A DNA stretch of 46,333 nt from Planctomycetota bacterium (GCA_043819695.1 JBDREM010000141.1:1-46333); one strand, 5' to 3'; counted from the stretch's first letter, positions 34,162-44,340 are shown. Numbers and translations: made by a program. The notes: generated by a model from the letters alone, not told the origin.

Positions 34162-37100
34162 ATGTCGCTTGACCCCCAAGCTGCCCGTGTTTTGGACGGA
34201 ATGGCCCTCGCGATTCTTCTCCTCACCGTCTTTCTTGCTCCGTTGCCCATCGGGTCTGAGACACCGTGGGCGCAGAGCCTCGTGTTCATTGCCGTCGCCG
34301 TCGCCGCGATGCTCTGGATGGCCGCGGGCGTTGTCCGGGGTTCCCTTCGTGTCCCCCGGTCATACGCGCTGATATTCGTCCTTCTCTTCATCGTCATCGG
34401 GTTGATTCAGATCGTGCCGGTGCGGAGCGGCATCCTCGCGGCCGTCTCGCCCAATGCCCCGCGATGCGGGAACAGGCTATGGGCGCGGGGAACGTGCCCG
34501 CCGCCGCGCCGCTGTCGCTCAACCCGTACATGACAAGATACGCGCTCTTCAGGTACGGCGCCTGCGCGATGTTGTTCGTCCTTCTTGCCAGCCTGCTCCG
34601 GACGAGACGGGCGATCACGTGGGCCGCGTCGTTCTTGCTCGCCGCCGGCCTGTTCCAGGTCGTCTATGCCATCATCGACCAGACCGCCGGGTCGGGCGGC
34701 ACCTACGTCTTTGGTGCGCGGAAGGTACACTACCTCTCCTCCTTCAGCGGCACGTTTTTCAACAAGAACCACTTCGCGGGTTTCCTCGAGATGCTCCTGC
34801 CGCTCGCGGCCGCGCTCGTGCTTGCCGTCCGGCGGACGCGGCAAGCGGCGCGCCTCGAGCGGCTGTCCGACAGGGTCGTCGAGACGCTGTCCGAGCCGGC
34901 CACACACAAGCGCCTGCTGCTGTCGACCATACCGGTCCTGCTGTGCGTCGGAATCGCGTTGTCGGTCTCGCGTTCAGCCGTGATCTGCTCCGTCGTAGCC
35001 CTTTGCGCCCTGGCTGTTCTCGCGATCCTCAACCGGGGCCGGCGGGCCTTCATCACACTGGCGTCGGTGTTGATCGGCGCGGGCGCCGTCCTCATCTTCT
35101 TCGTTTCCGGCCCGATGATCAGCGGGTTCGAGCGAGAACTGACAGGGCGGATGCCCTCGACGACGGTCAGACTCGACATGCTCAGGTCGGCGTGGTACCT
35201 CGTGAGCGACTTCCCCCTGCTCGGCACCGGGCTCGGCACGACGCAGTACGTCTTCGGGCGGTACCAGTCGCTCAATCTAGGCAACATTCACGTGGACTAT
35301 CTGGCCAATGACTGGGCGCAGATTGCGTGCGAGGCCGGCATCATCGGGCTGGTCACCGTGGCAGCCGGCCTTTGTTTCTTCTTCGTGTCCTCGCTGCTGG
35401 CCGCGATGCGCCGCACGGGCCGCTTCTGCAAGTGGGTCGCCATCGGCGCCCTGATGGGCATGCTCGCGATGATGCTGCACAGTTTCACCGACTTCAACCT
35501 GACGAGGACGACGTCGAACGGGATACTGTTTGCCGCCCTTCTGGCTCTCGCCCATGCCGCCGCCCGCGCCGGCGAGGCCGGGAACGACGAGGCAGGTCCG
35601 AGAGCGCACTGGAAGCTGGCTCTCGGGCCGGCGCCGCTCAGAGCCGTCTTTGCGCTCTTGCTGATCGTTCCCGCGGGCGCGCTTGCGGCCGTTGCCGGCA
35701 AAGTCGCGGTGGCCGACGTGCGCTTCAACTACTACCGCCACTACGCCGAGAAGCCGACGGGCATCTACTTCTTCCTCGGGCTGCCCGAGCGGCCCGCGAA
35801 CGCCAGGGCCGTGGCGAGGTTCGACCTCGATGAGGCGGCACAACTCGTTCCCGGCAACCCGGTGTACGTCCACGAACTCGGCCAGGCGGACATGGACGAG
35901 ATCGAGCGCCGGCTCGCGGACGTCCGCGAAGCCATTGCCTGCAGCCTGCATCCGGGCATCGCCGCGGAGAAAGAAAGAGACCCCGAGGGCTTCAAGAATC
36001 TCAGCCTGCAATTCGAGCGCGCGGCGGAGGAGAAGCTCGCAGACGAAATCAAGCAGTCCGGCCTGCTCGGCCGGGCGGAGGAAAACTTTCGGAAGGCCAT
36101 CCGGCTCGCCCCGACCGTCGGCCAGTATCACTTCGCCCTGGCGCAAGCTCTCCTGCTCAAGACACGCCTGGCGCTCGATGCCACCGAAGCCGAGCGTGAA
36201 GCATTGACCGGCCAGATGGACGCGGAGCTCGAACGGACCGTCTATTTCGGATACAACGTGCCGTATCTCCTCTTCAACGCGGCGACCGTCTTCTTGCAGG
36301 AGACCGCGGACCTCTCCGGCGCACGCCGGGAACAGAGAATCAAACGGGCGTCCGCTCTCCTGACGCGAGCCGTTTACGCGGCGCGCGACGAACTTGCAAC
36401 GAAGGCTTACGAACTCCTGAGGACGGCCGGCATCGATAACCGCGGCATCATCGAAGCCGCGCCAGAGACCGTGTGGGCGAACCTGTGCCTCTACCGCTTC
36501 TTCTACGCCCGCAAGGAATGGCCGGAGGCCGTTATCGCGCTGAACCGTATCGAGGCTGCGGCCGAGGAAGGTCCGGCCGGTGAGCCGGACACGAAAGACG
36601 GCGGCGCAGACACCGGCACCGCTGTCAGCGACGAGCACCCCGATGCACCCAAGGAGATGCCGCCCATGTTCACCTGGGGCACCGGCAACTACGCGAGCGT
36701 CGAGTTCAGGCTCGAGATTGCGCGGAGACGCGCCGCCGTGCTCGGCTATCTCGGCAAATGGCCCGCGCGCCAGGCCGCCGTCGCGAAGCGGGCAGACCTT
36801 GCCCGCCGGCAAGTCGAGCCGCTGCTTGCCGAGGCCGAGACAATGCGCGTGAAGGGCCACTACGAGGCCGCGCTCCGCGGCTACGGCGAAGTGCTCGAGA
36901 AGACGCCGCATAACGTCGACGCGCTCATCGGAATGGCGAGGATCACGTCGATCCCGCACTACCGCGACCTCGTCTCCGATGCGTACGCGCCGGCGGCCTG
37001 CCTGTTCCGAGCGGTCATCAACAACGATTCGCTCAGCCCGGAGCAGAGCGGCGAGTTACTGGCCGCGCTCGATAACCGGAACAGCGACGCGCCGGGCGAC

Positions 37101-37859
37101 GAACCCGTCGAGGCGTTCGTCCGCTCCGTCGCCATTATGCTTCAGTCGGGCGTAGCGGACACGGTCGGGTCCCCCGCGTCGGCCATGCTCCGTCTCGAGA
37201 AGCTGGCAGCGGAGCTCGCCCGCGGCGAGCGCGCTTGGCGGCAGCAGCATCTGACGTGGTACTACCTGGGCCGCGGTCATGAGAGCAGGGGAGATGACGA
37301 GCTGGCTCGGGAGATGTACAGCAAGGCCGTCGGCGTAACGCCCACCCACCGCCGCTCGCTCGCCGCGCTCCTGCGGCTGGCGAAGAAGAAGGGCGATGCG
37401 CAGGCGGCCGAAGAGCACGCCGCGCGGCTCGCCAGGATAACCCCGATGCATCCGTGCACGGTCACCTTCAGCGGCAGGATCAGGCTGCTGGGCTATTCCA
37501 TCACGCCGGCCGACGCGGAGAAGGGCGCTCCCCCCGCCATCAGGTACTACTGGGAATTCCTTGAGCCGCTCCCCGGCGGCTACCATGCGCGTACGTACTT
37601 CTTGGAGCATCAGTGGCGCATCTTTTGCGAGGACCGGCGGGTGATCGCTCCGGCCGTCGGCCCGTACCCCGCCGAGCTGGCGAGATGCGGCGAGGTCGTC
37701 GTCGAGACGCGCCCTCTCCCGAGAAAGCTCCCCAATGTCAAGTACGTGGCGTTCGGCATTTGTTCACAGAAGCCGCCGAAGGGATACGCCAACTGGCTGG
37801 AGCAGGACGGGGGCGGCCCGCTCGCCCGCGCCGCGTTCTTCGCGCCCGCTCCGCGGTAG
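34162..37859 (+). CDS. giant O-antigen-ligase-like (Wzy_C) membrane domain fused to TPR-like repeats and a C-terminal beta-rich domain; reading frame interrupted at 34457-34460
   Basis: Track ORF 34162..34533 gives the first TM helices (LLLLTVFLAPLPIGSETPWAQSLVFIAVAVAAMLW...ILAAVSPNAP). The sensible continuation AMREQAMGAGNVPAAAPLSLNPYMTRYALFRY... is in the frame of ORF 34266..37859. VSRSAVICSVVAL and HVDYLANDWAQIACEAGIIGL are Wzy_C-like. One extra C in the C4 run would fuse the frames. Confidence 0.7.
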
Positions 37860-37862
37860 CCC

Positions 37863-39161
37863 CTACGCCGTATCCCGCGGCGGGCCCTCGACCGCCAGCT
37901 TGTTCGCCTCGTCGACGAACAGGATCTTCTCTCCCCGTTCGATCCATTCACGGACAACGGCCTGCGGCTCCGGGCACGCCACCATGCGGCCCGCGGGAAA
38001 CGTGCCGGCCGGCAGCGCGCTCACAACGCGCAAAACCTCCAGGCGGTCCATCAGGCGGGCAAAGCGAACCGTCTTGTGAGCGTACATGATGTACTTGTTC
38101 CGCACGCGCTCGATGTACGCGGCCGTGTCCTGCTTCAACGGCGTGAAGAAATTCTCGACGGCCCGCGCGGACGAAGCAATCCCGTTGCGGCATTCGGCCA
38201 GCCACAGCACCTCGGCCCCGTCGGCGACGGCCTCCTGCGTCAGCTCGAGCGAACGCTGAGCGATGTACATCGTCTCGTCGTTCGGGTACCCGCCGCACCC
38301 GATCACGGCGCAGCGGAAGCGGCCGCCGACGTGCTCGACGAGAAATGAATTGACGAAGCGGATCCCCTCGGCCACGGAGTCCTCAAGCCGGCCGAACGTT
38401 GCCCAGCACACGGCCCCGCCGCCGCTCACCATAGTGAGCGCGTAAACCGGCATTTCGGCGGCGACGAACCGCGCGGCCTCGAGCTGGTCCTCCGCGACGG
38501 GGTTCGCGCGGCGCGTCTCGTCAGCGTGCAGCGGGTGCCGGCAGGCCGAAGAGAGCGGGTCCAACGTCCACGCGTGGTTGCGCTCGATGCAGTCGAACGC
38601 GGCGACGCCCGGGAGGAGGAACTTCGTCGCGTTCGAGTACCCGGCGAAATAGTGCGGCGCGGTCTCGGCAACAATCAGCACGACGTCGCTCTCTCGCACG
38701 CGGCCGTTCAGGCGGACGGCGTTGCCGCGCACCGTTGTGCCGGCGGCGTAGAGATCGGACGCCTGGCAATCGTGCGCCTGGGCGGACGCCAGCCGGATGT
38801 CGTGGCGGGCGGAGACGGACCGGACGGCGTCGAGGATTCGCTTGTTGTCCGGCGTCTCTGCTTTGTGCGTGCCGGTCGCCAGGAGGACCCGCACGGAGCG
38901 CGCGTGGCGGAGCAGTGGTGCGAGCGCCGCGTAGCCTGCGCCGTGCGGGACGCTGCGCGTGCCGTCGGGGAGAAGGACCAGTACGTCGCGGCCGGAGCAG
39001 TCCTGTCGAGCCGCGTCGAGCTTCGAAGCCAGTCCCTCGGCGAGACAGGCCTCGGTGTCGGCGCTCGCCGGCGGCCGGCGCGGACGTACGACCGCGCCGA
39101 CGCACTCAGCCGGCACGTCGAACGTAAACGAGCCGCTCCCGTATTTCACGCGGATGCCCAT
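37863..39161 (-). CDS. LarA-like (lactate-racemase N-terminal domain / DUF2088) protein
   Basis: Trimmed to ATG 39161, with ggag 5 nt upstream: MGIRVKYGSGSFTFDVPAE...VLVLLPDGTRSVPH...LLATGTHK...PHYFAGYSNATKFLLPGV...NHAW fits the family pattern. Confidence 0.7.
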   Translation of the reverse strand: MGIRVKYGSGSFTFDVPAECVGAVVRPRRPPASADTEACLAEGLASKLDAARQDCSGRDVLVLLPDGTRSVPHGAGYAALAPLLRHARSVRVLLATGTHKAETPDNKRILDAVRSVSARHDIRLASAQAHDCQASDLYAAGTTVRGNAVRLNGRVRESDVVLIVAETAPHYFAGYSNATKFLLPGVAAFDCIERNHAWTLDPLSSACRHPLHADETRRANPVAEDQLEAARFVAAEMPVYALTMVSGGGAVCWATFGRLEDSVAEGIRFVNSFLVEHVGGRFRCAVIGCGGYPNDETMYIAQRSLELTQEAVADGAEVLWLAECRNGIASSARAVENFFTPLKQDTAAYIERVRNKYIMYAHKTVRFARLMDRLEVLRVVSALPAGTFPAGRMVACPEPQAVVREWIERGEKILFVDEANKLAVEGPPRDTA

Positions 39162-39268
39162 TGCGTCTCCTGCCCGGCGCTTGCCGACCATGTTAAGGGC
39201 GACCGGGCGCCTGTCAAGCGCGCTTGACACGCCGGAATGACGCGGTAAACTACTTGCTGGAGGTAAGA

Positions 39269-39709
39269 ATGAGAATCATCGCACTTCTCGGGATCTGCTT
39301 GGCATTGTTCTCCCTGCCGAGCCCGTGCGGCGCAGCCGAAGGCCTGGATCAACGGGAGACGCGCAGGAAGGCTCGCAAGGAGGCCCGCAAGGCCCGCCAG
39401 AAAGTCGTCGAAGTCGACACAATCCGCCAGATGTTCAAGGATGAGATGAAGCTCGTGCCCGAGACGGAGGGCAAGGCGGGGAAAATCGTCGATCAGAAGC
39501 CGCCGCCCCCTCGCCTCGAGTACAATCTTGCGGTCAGGATGCGAAAGCTCTTCAAACTCGCGCAGGAGAAGGTTGGCAAGCAAAGAGACCTCCTGGCCCA
39601 AACAATGGCCGCAGAGCGCGAGGCGAGGGCCGAGGAAGCGGCCCGAATGAGAGAGCAGCTCCTGCGGGAAAAACGGAAAGTCGACCTGACCGTGTTCTTC
39701 GACTGGTAA
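39269..39709 (+). CDS. secreted Lys/Arg/Glu-rich hypothetical protein
   Basis: ATG 39269 after ggaggtaag. Signal peptide MRIIALLGICLALFSLPSPCGAAEG. The rest is charged and helical. Confidence 0.55.
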   Translation: MRIIALLGICLALFSLPSPCGAAEGLDQRETRRKARKEARKARQKVVEVDTIRQMFKDEMKLVPETEGKAGKIVDQKPPPPRLEYNLAVRMRKLFKLAQEKVGKQRDLLAQTMAAEREARAEEAARMREQLLREKRKVDLTVFFDW

Positions 39710-39743
39710 CTCGCGCGGTGTTTCCCTCTGTCTCGAGTTTGTG

Positions 39744-40556
39744 ATGGCCGACCTGCGAGATCGTTGCGCGCTTGTGACCGTTGTCGCGCTCGCGTTCGCC
39801 TGCGGGTGCGCGGCCACCGAGCCGGCGACGCGCGTCAAGGGCAAGCACGTCGACCTCCGCGTCGACCTGGCACCGGCCGAGGCGCGGCAGCTCGCGGCCG
39901 AGGCCGACCGCTTCCTTGCCTCCGTATCCGCGTATCTCCGGGCCCGTGAGCCCACGCCCAGAGTGTACGTCTTCAAGAACGGCTGGAACCTGTGGCTGTA
40001 CCTGCGCAGGCAGTGCCCGGCGTTCGCGGGCCGAACCGGCGCCTGCTTCGAGGCCGACGACGGCACGCTGATTGTCGCTCTCAAAGCCGGCCCGAACGGG
40101 CGCCCTGCGGCCGCGAGCCTGCGCCACGAACTGACACACGCAGTTGTCGGGTCCGGTTTCACAAAGCCGATGCCGTGGCTTGACGAGGGGCTGGCCCAAG
40201 TGTTCGAGTCCGGCTGCCCGCCGGTCGAGGACAAGGAGCGCCTCGCGAAGCTCGTCCGCGACGTCCCCGGCGCCGAGCGCCGCCTCGGGAACCTCCTCGG
40301 CCTGTCACGGCACGGGGAGTTGGACGAGGACGACTACCTGCTGGCGTGGGGCTTCACGTGGTTCCTCTTGCAGGATCGCGCATGTGGGAGGCAAGCGGTC
40401 TTGAAGTGCCTCGGCCCATCGATCGCGGGGGAGAGCGCCGCAGAGCGGTGCATTCGCTGCCTCGGCGCACCGCGCGGGCGAATTGCGGGCCGGTTCGCCG
40501 CGTTCCTTAGAAGCCGGCAGGCCGCGGCCCGCCGGAAATCATCGCCCGGTGAGTAG
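39744..40556 (+). CDS. lipoprotein with an HExxH-type metallopeptidase-like motif (DUF1570-like)
   Basis: Lipobox-like ALAFACGCAA; LRHELTHAVVG...WLDEGLAQVFESG. Confidence 0.6.
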   Translation: MADLRDRCALVTVVALAFACGCAATEPATRVKGKHVDLRVDLAPAEARQLAAEADRFLASVSAYLRAREPTPRVYVFKNGWNLWLYLRRQCPAFAGRTGACFEADDGTLIVALKAGPNGRPAAASLRHELTHAVVGSGFTKPMPWLDEGLAQVFESGCPPVEDKERLAKLVRDVPGAERRLGNLLGLSRHGELDEDDYLLAWGFTWFLLQDRACGRQAVLKCLGPSIAGESAAERCIRCLGAPRGRIAGRFAAFLRSRQAAARRKSSPGE

Positions 40557-41273
40557 CCGCTCGGCGATAGAGCGCCCGAGCCCGGCGCTCATGACCCGGT
40601 CGTGTGTGTCCTGCACGTCGTACTCCAGCCGGTGAATCTTCACGGCGTAGGCCTGCGGGTCGAAGACGGCGAACGAGGCCAGCGGCACGCGGTCTCGAGG
40701 CTGGCCGACGCTTCCCGGATTGACCATGTACTGCTTGAGCGGATCGAGCTTGACGTTCCGCGTCTCCGGGAACTTCATGTCCACCTGCCCGTTTCCGATC
40801 ACCGCCGGGAAATGGCTGTGCCCGAAGAAGCAGATGTCGATGCCGGTGTAGTCCGTGCGCATCAGCTTGACGTTCTTCATTATGACCTCGGGCGTCAGCA
40901 TGTACTCGTCGCGGTCGCAGATCGAGCCGTGGACGAGCATGTAGCGCTGGTCGATCATGCGCGTGTCGGGCAGTTGGCGGAGGAACTCGATTCCCTGCTC
41001 GCCGATGGCGGCCCGGGTGTACTCGACGGCCTCGACCGTCGTCTCGCGCACGTCGCGCATCTCCTGGCCCGTGGTGTAGCGGTCGTGGTTGCCGGAAATA
41101 CCCTCGAAGCTCCGCTGCTGGAAAAGGTGAATGCATTCAGCGGGCGAGGCGTTGTACCCGACGAGATCGCCCACGAATAGGATCCTCTTGATTCGCAGTT
41201 CGTCGATCTTCTCGAGGATCGTCTTCAGTGCGGCGACGTTGGAATGGATGTCTCCGACGATTGCGATGGACAT
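40539..41273 (-). CDS. metallophosphoesterase (YfcE/MJ0936-like)
   Basis: MSIAIVGDIHSN, FVGDLVGYN, GNHD, LVHGS and FGHSH are the calcineurin-like phosphoesterase motifs. Its 3' end overlaps the convergent gene by 18 nt. Confidence 0.85.
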   Translation of the reverse strand: MSIAIVGDIHSNVAALKTILEKIDELRIKRILFVGDLVGYNASPAECIHLFQQRSFEGISGNHDRYTTGQEMRDVRETTVEAVEYTRAAIGEQGIEFLRQLPDTRMIDQRYMLVHGSICDRDEYMLTPEVIMKNVKLMRTDYTGIDICFFGHSHFPAVIGNGQVDMKFPETRNVKLDPLKQYMVNPGSVGQPRDRVPLASFAVFDPQAYAVKIHRLEYDVQDTHDRVMSAGLGRSIAERLLTGR

Positions 41274-41278
41274 CGGTG

Positions 41279-41539
41279 CTATTCTTCAGGGTCGTTTCCT
41301 GTGGCCGCCGCGGCGACAGGTGCGTCGGCGGCGCGCTCCTCGATCTCGATCGCGGCCTCGGCGCACATGGCCGCGCAGTTGCCGCAGCCCGTGCAGATCT
41401 CGGGATCGCCTGTGAACGCCGCAGGCTGCACCCCGCGCTTGTTCAGTTCCTCGGCGAGTGTGATGAGCTCGCGCGGGCAGAACTCGGTGCACAGGCCGCA
41501 GCCCTTGCAAATGTCTCGCTCGATCGTGACTACAAACAT
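41279..41539 (-). CDS. 2x[4Fe-4S] ferredoxin (86 aa)
   Basis: Internal ATG 41539, with ggag upstream, of track ORF 41279..41680. It shows CKGCGLCTEFCP and CTGCGNCAAMCA. Confidence 0.8.
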   Translation of the reverse strand: MFVVTIERDICKGCGLCTEFCPRELITLAEELNKRGVQPAAFTGDPEICTGCGNCAAMCAEAAIEIEERAADAPVAAAATGNDPEE

Positions 41540-41561
41540 CTGAACTCCTGGCAATGCGGGG

Positions 41562-42407
41562 TCAGTCGCCGAAGCGGCCGCTCCATCCGAGCTTCTCGCG
41601 GAGCGTCCTGTAGTAGCTGTATCCCGATGACCGCACGAGATTGAGCCGTTCCTCGGAGAGACGGACAATAACGCGATCACCCTCGGCCAGCTCCTGAAAC
41701 ACTTGCCCGTCGATCGTCAGCGCCGCACCGTGCGAGTTCTCGGTGACCGCCAGCTCGACCTCACTGTCCGCGGGGATGACAAGCGGGCGGTTCGAGAGCG
41801 TATGCGGACAGATCGGCGTCAGGATCAGTGCGTCGAGGCCGGGCTCGACGATGGGGCCGCCGGCGGACAACGAATGGGCCGTCGAGCCCAGCGGCGTCGA
41901 GACAATAACCCCGTCGCCATTGTATGTCGCTATTCTTTCGCCGTCAAGCCGGACATCGACCGGGATGATGCGCGAGAGAGCGCCGCGGGAGATCACCGCG
42001 TCGTTGACGCCCCGGGCCTCGTGCACGGCCCTGCCGCCGCGCAGCAGCGAGCAGTTGAACGTGATCGCCGGCGTGACCGTGAAGTCACCGCGCATGATCG
42101 ACCGAAGACTCTCCGCCAGATTCGTGTCCGTGAGCGTCGCCAGGAATCCCAGCTTCCCGAGGTTGACGCCGCAGACGGGCACCCGGTTGCGGCCGAGCCG
42201 GCGGGCCGTCTTAAGGATGGCGCCGTCGCCGCCGAAGACGAGCGCGAAGTCCGCATCGACCGACTCGAGCGGCTGCGACTCCTCGAGGTCGACCGTTATC
42301 TCATCGGCCAGTTCCCGAAGGGTGGGAAGGGCGCGCTCGACGGTCTCGCTCACACGGGGCTTCGCACCGTCGCCCGTGACTATCAGTTTTTTCGGCGGCG
42401 AGGGCAT
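41562..42407 (-). CDS. nadK: NAD(+) kinase
   Basis: 281 aa; FGGDGAILKTAR, NDAVI and GDGVIVSTPLGSTAHSLSAGGPIV. Confidence 0.9.
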   Translation of the reverse strand: MPSPPKKLIVTGDGAKPRVSETVERALPTLRELADEITVDLEESQPLESVDADFALVFGGDGAILKTARRLGRNRVPVCGVNLGKLGFLATLTDTNLAESLRSIMRGDFTVTPAITFNCSLLRGGRAVHEARGVNDAVISRGALSRIIPVDVRLDGERIATYNGDGVIVSTPLGSTAHSLSAGGPIVEPGLDALILTPICPHTLSNRPLVIPADSEVELAVTENSHGAALTIDGQVFQELAEGDRVIVRLSEERLNLVRSSGYSYYRTLREKLGWSGRFGD

Positions 42408-42418
42408 AAGGTGCTCCG

Positions 42419-43321
42419 TCAGGACGTTCTCGCGACAATGAAATCCGCCAGCTTGCAGAGCGGCTCGCCGGCCGGGCCGAACGCGGCGAGCGCCGCCTTC
42501 GCCTCTGCGACAAGCCGGCCGGCCTCGTTCCGTGACTGCTCGATGCCGATGACCGCGGGGAACGTGAGCTTCCCGGCCGCCTTGTCCTTGCCGGCGGTCT
42601 TCCCGAGCTGCTCCGAGCTCGCAGTCACATCAAGTATATCGTCGGCGATCTGAAATGCCAGCCCCGCCTTCTCGGCGTAGGCCGTGAGCGCGGCGAGCTG
42701 GCCGGCATCGGAGCCGCCGGCGATCGCGCCGCACCGCACCGACGCCCGGATGAGGGCGCCGGTCTTGCGCTTGTGAATGAAGCGGAGCGCGTCCTCGCTC
42801 GGCCCGGTTCCCTCGGCCTCGAGGTCGGCCATCTGGCCGCCGACCATGCCGGCCCATCCGGCTGCGAAGGCCAGCTCGCCGGCAACAGACGCGGCCGCTG
42901 CGGCGTCCGCCGTGTTCGTCGCGATCTCGAAGGCGATGGTAAGGAGCGCGTCGCCGGCGAGAATCGCGGTCGGTTCGTCGAACGCCTTGTGGTTCGAAGG
43001 GCGGCCCCGGCGGAAATCGTCGTCGTCCATCGCCGGCAGGTCGTCGTGTATGAGCGAGTAGGTGTGGATGCACTCGACGGCGCAGGCCGCAGGCATCGCT
43101 GCGTCGTCCGCGCCGCCGACGGCCCGGCACGCGAGGATCGCGAGAACCGGCCGTATGCGTTTGCCGCCCGCGAACACGCTGTAGCGCATCGACTGATTCA
43201 GCCGCGCGGGCGCGTCGCCGGCGGCGGGCAGCCACTCGTCAAGCCGGGCGTCTATGGCCTGCCGGACGCCGTCCAGCTCTCTCCAGAATAGCCCGAGGTC
43301 TTCCGGCACGGGGTGTGACAT
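42419..43321 (-). CDS. ispA: polyprenyl (farnesyl/geranylgeranyl) diphosphate synthase
   Basis: LIHDDLPAMDDDDFRRGRP (first DDxxD) and FQIADDILD (second). It lies downstream of xseB, a commonly seen arrangement. Confidence 0.85.
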   Translation of the reverse strand: MSHPVPEDLGLFWRELDGVRQAIDARLDEWLPAAGDAPARLNQSMRYSVFAGGKRIRPVLAILACRAVGGADDAAMPAACAVECIHTYSLIHDDLPAMDDDDFRRGRPSNHKAFDEPTAILAGDALLTIAFEIATNTADAAAAASVAGELAFAAGWAGMVGGQMADLEAEGTGPSEDALRFIHKRKTGALIRASVRCGAIAGGSDAGQLAALTAYAEKAGLAFQIADDILDVTASSEQLGKTAGKDKAAGKLTFPAVIGIEQSRNEAGRLVAEAKAALAAFGPAGEPLCKLADFIVARTS

Positions 43322-43514
43322 CGTGTGCGTCCGCCGTGTGCCATTGAGGATTGGCCGCGCCCGCCGTCCGCGCGTCGCAGGTCATCGGGGCTGTTGAAAG
43401 AGCCCGCCCGCTCACAGAGCGGGCCTGCAACAGGCCCAAGAACGCCGCGAAACCGTCGTTCCCGTAGGCCGGCTTTGCAAGTCGGCGGCTTCCTGCACCT
43501 TTTTCAACAGCCCG

Positions 43515-43760
43515 TCATTCTTCGTGTTCGGCGGGGAACGGCTCGGTCTCGAGCTCGCCGTTCTTCGTCTTCACGAGGAGCTCGATCTTCTTCTCGGCGT
43601 CGTCGAGCACTTTACGGCAGAGCTGGAGCGCCTTCACGCCCCTCTCGTAGCGTTCCATCATCTTGTCGAGAGTCAACTCGCCGCTTTCCAGCTCGGTCAT
43701 GATGGCCTCGAGCTCCGCCAGCGACTCCTCGAATGTGGGCTCCTTCTTCGCCATCGGCAT
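43515..43760 (-). CDS. xseB: exodeoxyribonuclease VII small subunit
   Basis: FEESLAELEAIMTELESGELTLDKMMERYERGVKALQLCRKVLDDAEKKIELL. The start is at 43760 or 43754. Confidence 0.85.
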   Translation of the reverse strand: MPMAKKEPTFEESLAELEAIMTELESGELTLDKMMERYERGVKALQLCRKVLDDAEKKIELLVKTKNGELETEPFPAEHEE

Positions 43761-44099
43761 CGGCCCTCCAGACCGGGGGCATTGTACCGCCGGCGCCGCG
43801 GCAAGTCAATCCGACTTCGTGCGGTAACCGTTCCAATGTCCGTGTGGTCCCGATCTGTTTAGTGCGCTGTTTCTGTAGCCGCCCGCATTGAGGGCGGCCC
43901 GGCCGAGGTCAGTGCCCTCGGCTACAGCTTTCCCTTTTCTTACACACCCGTCCATTCTATTATCAACGCACGCATCAATAAGCGAACACGCCGCCAAAAA
44001 GGCGGGGCCGATTCTCGTTCTCCTTCGGGGGACTCGCCACGGCCCATGAACGGGCCTCGACGGCTGCGCACACCGGGGATGAGTCAACGGCGCGCGGGC

Positions 44100-44127
44100 T
44101 TGACGCAGGCGAGGCAGAGCGTAGAAT
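44100..44127 (+). promoter_or_regulatory. sigma70-like promoter TTGACG-N16-TAGAAT
   Basis: ttgacg 44100-44105, tagaat 44122-44127, ~210 nt upstream of the DUF2079 gene. Confidence 0.4.
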
Positions 44128-44340
44128 CAACGCGAAGTTCGAAGAGCTCCTCGTCAAGGCCGAGGCCGGCGGCTGCTCGATGATGATCACGAAGAACCAG
44201 AGCAACCAGGCCCTGGCGAAGCCGGCGACGCCGCCGGCGGCGAGCTGCTGCGGTCCGAGTAACGCCGCGCCGGAGCCGCAGGAGCGAAAATCCGCAGCGG
44301 AACGGCGGGCGGCAATGGCCCCGCCCCTGGCGGAGTGGCA

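Noticed and set aside
34266-34456. N-terminal ~64 codons of the 1197-aa track ORF, and likewise the first ~300 codons of track ORF 44508..46190.
   Set aside because: These are Arg-rich out-of-frame read-through of credible TM-helix coding in another frame. The real genes start at 34162 and 44341 and shift frame at homopolymers.
40539-40556. 18-nt 3'-3' overlap of the convergent DUF1570-like and metallophosphoesterase genes as a regulatory feature.
   Set aside because: Short convergent overlaps are common in compact high-GC genomes, and no additional structure was seen.
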